Virus record (IMG/VR): IMGVR_UViG_3300006919_000355
Span: 1 to 26,866 of that record
DNA length: 26,866 bases
Strand: one strand, 5' to 3'
Source of the DNA: a virus
Taxonomy: Duplodnaviria; Caudoviricetes
The notes beneath the pieces are model-generated. The model worked only from the letters and a program-made list of their open reading frames with translations, made no database searches and was not told the origin of the DNA. Made by a program: the position numbers and the translations under genes. Positions 7,927 to 14,727 of the stretch are shown here, in pieces. The number at the start of each line of letters is the position of its first letter. The first letter of the stretch is position 1.

Positions 7927-8819
7927 AATTTATCCTTTATCTTTGACAATTGTCTTGAGCCTATATTGTGATGCATGATGTTGGTTTGTACCTCTCTCAT
8001 GCGTGATTGAAATAGAAGTTCTTCTGCTACCCACACACCCTCGAACAGTTTCATATTAGACAGTGACACATGTTCTTGGTTATCGTTTACAAGATCACCG
8101 AATACATACGTTAGCATAGCATTCGCACCGCTTACGCTAAGTATCTTAGGGATTCTGCTTATAGATTTGTTAGGATTTTGAACAAACTTCTTGAGTGCTA
8201 GTATATGATTAATCCAATTGGTTAGCACATAGCAATTGGAGGTGCCCCGATGGCCTCTGAACTCGATAGCCCCACGTTCCCTAAGGGAAAGTAAGTTTAT
8301 CGCAGAGTACTTAGTCCATGATGGTTCCTGCAAAGAGTCAGGACCAGCTTCAAATATACGTAGTAGGTTTTGTATTTGATTCTGCCCACGATATAAAGAC
8401 AGAGAGTATATACTTTCTTCTCTCTCTTGTCCACATATACTGAACAGATACGGTTCTACCATAGCATACAAAGTTACAAGGTCACACACAGAAGACCATA
8501 GCATATCTCTAGCATCCATGTGTACATGCACAGACGTACGGTAACCAAACGTACCTTGATTAGTCAAAGCTAATGCTAGCTTCTCTACTCTTTTCTGTGC
8601 ACCAGATCCACCTATAGGTCCATCGAATACATACTCTACTCCGTTGTTACGAAGGGATCCATCGGGTATGCATCGCCATCCAGGTATTCTTGGAGGGTCC
8701 ATAAGGTTTTCTACTTCTACCTCAACGCCTATCCTGGTGCCTGATATCAGGTTACCAAGACGGTTTGTCTCTGGTTCTTGAGGTCTAAGATTGTATCGAG
8801 ATTGAATTGTGGAATCCAT
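7914..8819 (-). CDS. Putative amidoligase (COOH-NH2 ligase, glutamine synthetase-like fold; Amidoligase_2 type)
   Basis: Motifs IGVEVEVE, DGSL...GVEYV, TSVHVHMD, KYSAINL and IEFR.H.GT. ATG 8819 follows GAGGA. Confidence 0.88.
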   Translation of the reverse strand: MDSTIQSRYNLRPQEPETNRLGNLISGTRIGVEVEVENLMDPPRIPGWRCIPDGSLRNNGVEYVFDGPIGGSGAQKRVEKLALALTNQGTFGYRTSVHVHMDARDMLWSSVCDLVTLYAMVEPYLFSICGQEREESIYSLSLYRGQNQIQNLLRIFEAGPDSLQEPSWTKYSAINLLSLRERGAIEFRGHRGTSNCYVLTNWINHILALKKFVQNPNKSISRIPKILSVSGANAMLTYVFGDLVNDNQEHVSLSNMKLFEGVWVAEELLFQSRMREVQTNIMHHNIGSRQLSKIKDKLCAD

Positions 8820-9471
8820 TTGGGACAATCCTCATTATCATTGGAATCAAGTGATCAACTTTGCAGGAGACTTCTATCCTGCCATCTTTAATCACACCTA
8901 TTGGTCTACCCTTGTACGACAGCACAGGGTGTTCGACATCATACATAGAAGAGAATGCAAAGTGTGGAGAGATAGCTCGTGAAATCATTTCACCACTCAC
9001 CACGGTTTCAAAGGCTTCTTCAAATGGACTGTAGGTTGGATTGAATAACTCTGATATCTCATTGTTACCTATATCTAACCTGTAATTAATGTTGTCGTTT
9101 ACTACGAGATGTCTGATAATTCTCTTATCAAGAATCTTATGCTCAACATTACTCCATCTAAAACCTTTCTTCCATTGTCTTCTAGCTACACGTTCTACAT
9201 ACATAGTATGTTTGTTACTATTAATGAAACCTAGTTTAGGCCAGTCAAAGTTAATATCATTACTTGGATCGTCACTGTATAGTAACACACGATCACCGTT
9301 AACTTTATCTACACTAATAGCTAGAGCACCATCATCAGTTTCTATATTGGATACTCTACCAACATACCAGCCATCATCATCCCTGCTTTTAAACTGTAGG
9401 TATGTATCTGCGTAAGTTGCATAGAAGTCTCTTGGACTTATGTCCGACAGTATTAGTTCACCGTTTTTCAT
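8785..9471 (-). CDS. Hypothetical protein within the amidoligase cluster (228 aa)
   Basis: Long ORF with ATGA overlap upstream and a 35-nt overlap downstream. No recognised motif. Confidence 0.85.
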   Translation of the reverse strand: MKNGELILSDISPRDFYATYADTYLQFKSRDDDGWYVGRVSNIETDDGALAISVDKVNGDRVLLYSDDPSNDINFDWPKLGFINSNKHTMYVERVARRQWKKGFRWSNVEHKILDKRIIRHLVVNDNINYRLDIGNNEISELFNPTYSPFEEAFETVVSGEMISRAISPHFAFSSMYDVEHPVLSYKGRPIGVIKDGRIEVSCKVDHLIPMIMRIVPNGFHNSISIQS

Positions 9472-10259
9472 GTCATCTCCAAATTCAACTCCTGTATTAT
9501 AGCTTTAGCATCATCAGTTTTACTACGATTAATAATCTTACTGATAGTTTTACCATCAGCAACTTCAAGCATCTGAGGTAGCATGTGTAGGTTTTGAGTA
9601 GCCCACATGGTTTTATCATACACCCATGACATCAACTCACTAGAGTTTAGCCAGAAGTTACTAAGGGTTCTGTACTCTACACCGTATTGCTTGTGGCGCA
9701 TTGAGCCAGCCTTACCATAAAGCTTCCGTCTTAGTTTGTCGGTGTCAATTAAAAGAGATGGCAACCCAATAACGAAGTCCATCATCTTTACAAGGTCCTC
9801 ATTGGTACCAATACTTGGGTTGTCATAGCCTACATGTATGTGCCCACCAGCAGTCCTAAGGGTATTACCTTCAGACTTTGGGGGTGGTACTGCCTTACCA
9901 GACCAAGCGTTTATATCGGGACTACAGCCAAACTCAAGGGCGTTAGGTCCATACTCTCTGAGTTGCTCTTGGGTGTAGGTGTAGCTTGGTATAATAATAG
10001 GCTGTAAGTTGTTACCTTCTAAGATGTTTCGTAGGTCAGCCATCACTGAGTCCATGTTGTGTATGAACTCCATCTTGGATTTAGCAGGATTGATATTAAA
10101 CTCTGCAAGAACATTGTCCTCCTGTACACCACCGTCTTTGACAGGACGAGGACAAACTTTATTGCCACCGACATAACCGATAGCAGATGTAACAGAGCCA
10201 GTGGAATCCGCAACGAATACCTCAGGGTCTGCACCGATAGTTACATTTTCTAGACGCAT
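9468..10259 (-). CDS. phiEco32-like COOH-NH2 ligase type 2
   Basis: Motifs TIGADPEVF, QEDNVLAEFNINP, FGCSPD.NAW, RTAGGHIHVG and RRKLYGKAG..R.K.YGVEYRTLSNFW. Confidence 0.92.
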   Translation of the reverse strand: MRLENVTIGADPEVFVADSTGSVTSAIGYVGGNKVCPRPVKDGGVQEDNVLAEFNINPAKSKMEFIHNMDSVMADLRNILEGNNLQPIIIPSYTYTQEQLREYGPNALEFGCSPDINAWSGKAVPPPKSEGNTLRTAGGHIHVGYDNPSIGTNEDLVKMMDFVIGLPSLLIDTDKLRRKLYGKAGSMRHKQYGVEYRTLSNFWLNSSELMSWVYDKTMWATQNLHMLPQMLEVADGKTISKIINRSKTDDAKAIIQELNLEMT

Positions 10260-10271
10260 ACGTATACCTCA

Positions 10272-11192
10272 TTACGCTTGTATTAGGTGAATGATCTCAT
10301 TCATTTGATCGTCATCAATCCTTGTATTAAGATAACGCAAGGAACTACCACTGTTACCGTGCTTGCGTGTGTACTCATTACGAAGGATATCATTGTTAAT
10401 AATTAACTGTAGGTTACCTGTGCTGTAACTCATACCAGGTTTCTTACAGAAGAATCTACCCAAAGCACTCTTGGATGTTGCACCATACCGCTCGTACTTG
10501 TTGACTGTAGATAGGTTAGGTTGCACACCAGAGTATAGGTCAGTATCAGGGTCATCGCACAACAATCTGTTGAGCATTAGCTTAGCACCCTTGTAACTAA
10601 AGTATGCTGGATAGATGATAGAACTCTCTTGATCAGTGCATGGGTTCATGTATTGCAACTGGTGACTAGGATCATCACCTTCCACGATCGAACCAGATGT
10701 CGTGTTGTTCAATACAAATGCCGTCACGAACGCTACATCTTCAGGACAATTAAATTTATCAATCAGATGACAGAAGGTTCTAACGATACCACCTTGGAAC
10801 TGTGGGGCTCTAAGGAGAAACAGTGTAAGCATCGCACGATCTGCAGGGAGTCTTGCGGATACACTGAATCCATGCTTGTAACCTTTGACATTCCCAGGGG
10901 TTGTGTGTCGTACAAGACCATTGGAAATGTAAGGTAACGACAATAGGTAAGTCCACCATCGGTTGGCTATGTCCCATGTCATGTTACTATTCATCTGTTG
11001 TTTGTCGATGGTAGCCTGTGCATCTGAGTCCCAAGTCTGTTGAAGGAACGGCAGGTAACGTACGGAATCAATGCTAGTATAGTCTATGTTGTAGGTAGCA
11101 TTGTTTACAGAAGCGAAGCAAGGTCTTGAACGGTACTGTAGGGTACGACCGTCACTGAGTTGAACATTGAAAGATACACTCATATCATTCAT
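10272..11192 (-). CDS. Hypothetical protein heading the amidoligase cluster (306 aa)
   Basis: Long co-oriented ORF ending 12 nt before the ligase start. The start could be 11192 or 11183. Confidence 0.85.
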   Translation of the reverse strand: MNDMSVSFNVQLSDGRTLQYRSRPCFASVNNATYNIDYTSIDSVRYLPFLQQTWDSDAQATIDKQQMNSNMTWDIANRWWTYLLSLPYISNGLVRHTTPGNVKGYKHGFSVSARLPADRAMLTLFLLRAPQFQGGIVRTFCHLIDKFNCPEDVAFVTAFVLNNTTSGSIVEGDDPSHQLQYMNPCTDQESSIIYPAYFSYKGAKLMLNRLLCDDPDTDLYSGVQPNLSTVNKYERYGATSKSALGRFFCKKPGMSYSTGNLQLIINNDILRNEYTRKHGNSGSSLRYLNTRIDDDQMNEIIHLIQA

Positions 11193-11271
11193 CCTTATGG
11201 TGATATAGGCACCAGCCTATGTGAATAAAAAGAATAGCATACAATAGTATGCCTGCGTCATTGAGCGACAT
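11185..11271 (-). CDS. 28-aa single-pass membrane peptide
   Basis: Hand translation MSLNDAGILLYAILFIHIGWCLYHHKDE. Strong SD GCAGGAGGTATT-ATG; the stop overlaps the next start region. Confidence 0.65.
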   Translation of the reverse strand: MSLNDAGILLYAILFIHIGWCLYHHKDE

Positions 11272-11306
11272 AATACCTCCTGCGTTTGCGTATAGGTGTC
11301 GGTTAA

Positions 11307-11486
11307 TTATATTTCATGACACTGGGATACTGAGTCCCAGTCAATCTCATGTAACACTGAGTTGTCATGATACAGATGCTTGAGGTTCTTGAGGGAACCA
11401 TCAGAGAAGACAACAACTACTTTGTCGTCGAAGGATACGTCCGGGAACTTGCGGGTCCACGGGGCGTCACAGTCACAGCTACACAT
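11307..11486 (-). CDS. 59-aa Cys/His/Asp-rich early protein
   Basis: Hand translation MCSCDCDAPWTRKFPDVSFDDKVVVVFSDGSLKNLKHLYHDNSVLHEIDWDSVSQCHEI. Same strong SD, GCAGGAGGTATT-ATG. Confidence 0.7.
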   Translation of the reverse strand: MCSCDCDAPWTRKFPDVSFDDKVVVVFSDGSLKNLKHLYHDNSVLHEIDWDSVSQCHEI

Positions 11487-11527
11487 AATACCTCCTGCAT
11501 TTGCATGTATGTGTTGTCGGTATGCTA

Positions 11528-11565
11528 TAAAAAACCGAAGGCACCCAGTTAAGGGATACCTCCGG
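11528..11565 (-). terminator. Rho-independent terminator
   Basis: CCGGAGGUAUCC-CUUAACU-GGGUGCCUUCGG (12 bp with G-U pairs) followed by UUUUUU. Confidence 0.85.
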
Positions 11566-11613
11566 AAGTGGGGGAATAAGTGGGAGCACAGGGCTCCCGT
11601 AGAACACTAGGGG

Positions 11614-12111
11614 CTAGAAGTTAACAGCCGTAGCTGATGAAGTAGCTGTGTCCGAATCAACCTCTAACTGTAGCAAAGCAGTAGATAGTCGATCTTGGTT
11701 GGACTTCTTAGTGTCGAAGTCTAACGCTCGAACCGCAACTATACGCACGTTAGTACCAGCTTTGAACTTGGTACCATCTTTACGTACACCAGCAGGGTAG
11801 TCACGAAGCTCAAAGAGAACATGAGCAGTAGCACCATTCTCTAAGTCATCCTCGATATCATTACCATCCGTATCCTGAATACTAACAGGAGGAACAGTAA
11901 CATCCATCGCACCATACTTGGCATTCGTACTATACCAGTAACCACCATCACCAGCTTCTTTCAGTCCTAGCTCAGCCAGACCGTCACCACTAAGATGGGC
12001 TCCGTACTGTAGACCGAATTTACCATTGTATGCTCTACGTAGCTTACACGCAGAAATGGTTACGTTAGGTATAGCAACTTCTCTAATTTGAACTTTAGTT
12101 TGTTTAGACAC
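11614..12111 (-). CDS. Divergent second gp2.5-like SSB/OB-fold protein
   Basis: Aligns by eye to 4744-5211: I.(D/N)VT, FG.LQ(W/Y), PV.I.D, (I/L).NG, R(E/D)Y and G....(L/I).A(I/V); also ends in Phe. GTG 12111 follows GAGGA. Confidence 0.65.
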   Translation of the reverse strand: MSKQTKVQIREVAIPNVTISACKLRRAYNGKFGLQYGAHLSGDGLAELGLKEAGDGGYWYSTNAKYGAMDVTVPPVSIQDTDGNDIEDDLENGATAHVLFELRDYPAGVRKDGTKFKAGTNVRIVAVRALDFDTKKSNQDRLSTALLQLEVDSDTATSSATAVNF

Positions 12112-12171
12112 GATAATATCCTCTTGGTATAAAACCACTTGGTAAATGAATTTAAAGAGCCCCTAAGGACT

Positions 12172-12600
12172 CTCAAAGGAGCCCGAAGGGCTCTAAGTAA
12201 TTACACACGATTACGGAGTCGACGACGCAACTCACGATCACACATTTTAGTGGCACCTCGTTTGGTCTTCATATCAGCCAGAACGAACGCTATGTGCTGA
12301 ACGACCTCAACGAAGGCATACACTACAACGAATACCATTGACCCTATCACAAAGGACAAGGCAAGAAGACCCCAAGGGTCATTAAGAATGTGTTCCATGA
12401 CGATACCTCCACAGTATCTTAGAGGCTCCCTAAGGAGCTTTATTAGTTGTGTGTACCTGCAGTATTCTGAGGTACTCTATTGAGTTCTAAAGGGTCTTTA
12501 GGGGCTACCCTGAGGTACCCCTGGGGTCTCCCTACGCTAGCGAGAAACTAGGGGAACTCTAGGGCTACCCGATAGAACCTCAAAGGAGACCGAAGGGCTC
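12172..12600 (+). repeat. 22-bp direct repeat CTCAAAGGAG(C/A)CCGAAGGGCTC at 12172-12193 and 12579-12600
   Basis: 21/22 identical. The core hairpin GAGCCC-GAA-GGGCTC also occurs at 3384-3398 (exact) and 5989-6003 (1 mismatch). Confidence 0.75.
12201..12398 (-). CDS. Small membrane protein, first gene of the left arm (65 aa)
   Basis: SD GGAGGT; hydrophobic helix followed by a basic tail. Confidence 0.75.
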   Translation of the reverse strand: MEHILNDPWGLLALSFVIGSMVFVVVYAFVEVVQHIAFVLADMKTKRGATKMCDRELRRRLRNRV

Positions 12601-12949
12601 CCAAGGGACTCTCAGGGGGTAGGAAATAACTACAGGGTACCAGATATCACGGGTTTTACTGTATGCTCCCTAAAGACCCATTTCGGTACCTTATAGAGAG
12701 AGAGTATACGTAGGAAAACTACAACCACATATATCTATTGCTTAGGGTACGGAGGGGGCCCTAAGATCTTATGGTCCCTATAGGCCCATATGAAAAATAT
12801 AGATATCTGTGTAGAGGCTAGACCCCTCCCCTTAAGGATCTTTGGGGGCATCCTCGACACGGCAAGAACCCTTAGAGAAAGAAACCTTAGGATAATATTC
12901 CTATGGTACCTCTCTCTCTGGTAACCCTAAAGGTCTGGGAGGACTACCC
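12400..12949. other. Divergent non-coding region, probably the genome-end junction / terminal repeat and promoter region
   Basis: The strand switches here, there is no credible ORF, and G/C runs and palindromes are dense. The region lies directly upstream of terL. Confidence 0.55.
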
Positions 12950-14587
12950 ATGGATAACAAGAGAAGACTAGCTTTAGCTAAAGAAGCCCAAAGGCGTAGG
13001 AAGCTAGCAGAATACGAAAAGAACTTTGAACTCTTTTCAAAAGAACAGATTAAGATATTGACTAAAGATTCTTCTAAAGGCTTTGTACCTTTTGAGTTTA
13101 ACGATGCCCAGAAGATAGTCAATGAGAAGATTGATAAGCAGCTTCAGGAAACAGGCCGTGTCAGGGCCATCATCCTTAAAGGTCGTCAGATGGGCTTGTC
13201 AACCTTCACGACTGCCAGAGTATTCTGGAAGTCATACTTCAATGCTTATAACAAATCAGTTGTCATGGCTCATGACTCAGCCACTTCTGATGCCCTCTTT
13301 AATATGTCACGGAATACTATTTCCAACATGCCTGAAGAGTTTAGGCCAAGCTTTAAGAAATCTAATGCCAAAGAAATTATGTTCGAGCACAATGACTCGG
13401 GCTATAGACTATACACGGCAGGATCCCCTGAAGCTGGTCGAGGTACAACTCCAACCATTGCACACCTCTCTGAGGTTGCTTTCTGGACCCATGATGAGAA
13501 GATCCTTGCAGGTCTTTTCCAGGGTATCTCAGAAGCCGATGGTACTGAAGTTATACTTGAGTCAACCGCAAATGGTGTGGGTAACGAATTCCATAGATTA
13601 TGGAAAGGTGCTTGTGAAGGTGAGAATGATTACCTTCCTATATTCGTACCCTGGTACTTAATGACGGAATACAGAAGAACTGTCCTTGACCCCGAAGCTT
13701 TCCAAGAGACTCTTACAGATGAAGAAAAGCAGATACAAGAAATACATGGTCTTGATCTGGAACAACTTTACTGGAGGAGACTAAAGGTCGCTGAGGGTGG
13801 GCTAAGTAAATTCCGACAAGAATACCCATTAACTCCAGAAGAAGCGTTTCAAGTTTCTGGTGCTAATGTGTTTAACCTTGAGAAGCTACAGTCCCTTCTT
13901 CCTTCTACTATAATGAAGAAACAAAACTTTAACTTAGAATCATCTACCTTTATAGATCATGATCAAGGTAGCTTAGAGATATACCAGTATCCTAAGTTTG
14001 ATGAGAACTTTGTTATTGGTGCTGACTGTGCCCTTGGGGTAGGTCAAGACTCATCTGCTTGTGCAGTTATGAACACAAACAATGAAGTCGTGGCCCTGTA
14101 CAGAAATAACAGAATTGATCCTACACAGTATGGAGATCTTTTGTTTTATCTGGGGAGATACTACAACAACGCCCTATTGGCTGTTGAATCTAATTCCTTA
14201 GGTATAGCTACATTGAATCGTCTTAAACAGATGAGCTATGTTAATCTATACCATCAAACTAAAGTAGCTAATGTGTCTAATGAGGAAGGCACTCGTCTGG
14301 GTTGGAGAACAACTCAAGCTACTAAGCCAATGATTATTGGTCATCTTAAGAATGCGATTGAAAATGACGATATCAATCTTGCGTCCCCACGAATCATCCA
14401 GGAATGTATGGATTACGTGGCTGATGACAATGGTCGTACCAATGCTATTGCGGGTGCTCATGACGACACCGTAATCGCTACAGCTATAGCCTTAGAAGTC
14501 CTAAGAACTCACAGAGACCGTTTGTCTCGGAATAGAGTTGGATTTCAGAATCAGCAGTTTACGGAGGATACTACTGACTGGTTATAG
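12950..14587 (+). CDS. terL: Terminase large subunit
   Basis: Walker A IILKGRQMGLST, Walker B HLSEVAF, coupling motif ILESTANG, nuclease motifs IGADCALG and HDDTV. SD GGAGGA. Confidence 0.96.
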   Translation: MDNKRRLALAKEAQRRRKLAEYEKNFELFSKEQIKILTKDSSKGFVPFEFNDAQKIVNEKIDKQLQETGRVRAIILKGRQMGLSTFTTARVFWKSYFNAYNKSVVMAHDSATSDALFNMSRNTISNMPEEFRPSFKKSNAKEIMFEHNDSGYRLYTAGSPEAGRGTTPTIAHLSEVAFWTHDEKILAGLFQGISEADGTEVILESTANGVGNEFHRLWKGACEGENDYLPIFVPWYLMTEYRRTVLDPEAFQETLTDEEKQIQEIHGLDLEQLYWRRLKVAEGGLSKFRQEYPLTPEEAFQVSGANVFNLEKLQSLLPSTIMKKQNFNLESSTFIDHDQGSLEIYQYPKFDENFVIGADCALGVGQDSSACAVMNTNNEVVALYRNNRIDPTQYGDLLFYLGRYYNNALLAVESNSLGIATLNRLKQMSYVNLYHQTKVANVSNEEGTRLGWRTTQATKPMIIGHLKNAIENDDINLASPRIIQECMDYVADDNGRTNAIAGAHDDTVIATAIALEVLRTHRDRLSRNRVGFQNQQFTEDTTDWL

Positions 14588-14727
14588 TTGTCTAAGTTTC
14601 CCCATTAGTCCTCCAGCTAACGTTGTGGTTTAGGGTGACATGCACGTTTCGGGAATAGAAGAAACAGGAACCTTACTTACTTGAATGAATGATGGATTGT
14701 GTTAATCCAATAACGAGGAATATAATA

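Noticed and set aside
3507-11192. DNA hypermodification system (ligases plus DUF6378-like protein)
   Set aside because: No thymidylate-synthase-like hydroxymethylase, kinase, DNA transferase or PurZ gene is visible in this window. It cannot be excluded from the rest of the genome.
11367-11610. Plus-strand ORFs 11367-11552 and 11380-11610
   Set aside because: They are antisense to a minus-strand ORF with a strong SD, and they cross a minus-strand terminator.
4700-12147. CTTGGTAAAT shared at 4700-4709 and 12138-12147
   Set aside because: A single 10-mer pair is about what chance would give, and the two contexts differ.
3952-12600. CRISPR array or tRNA suggested by the short repeats and hairpins
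   Set aside because: There are no regularly spaced repeat-spacer units and I saw no cloverleaf or T-loop consensus.
13122-13661. 179-aa alternative-frame ORF inside terL, and the other nested or antisense track ORFs
   Set aside because: They lie within well-supported genes, lack recognisable motifs and are expected shadow ORFs.
14596-14665. HDV-like ribozyme (TAG-TCCTCCAG-CTA, then 7 nt and GG, resembles P3/L3/P1.1)
   Set aside because: I could not find an upstream P1 5' strand complementary to ACGTTGT or a convincing J4/2-P2 3' strand.
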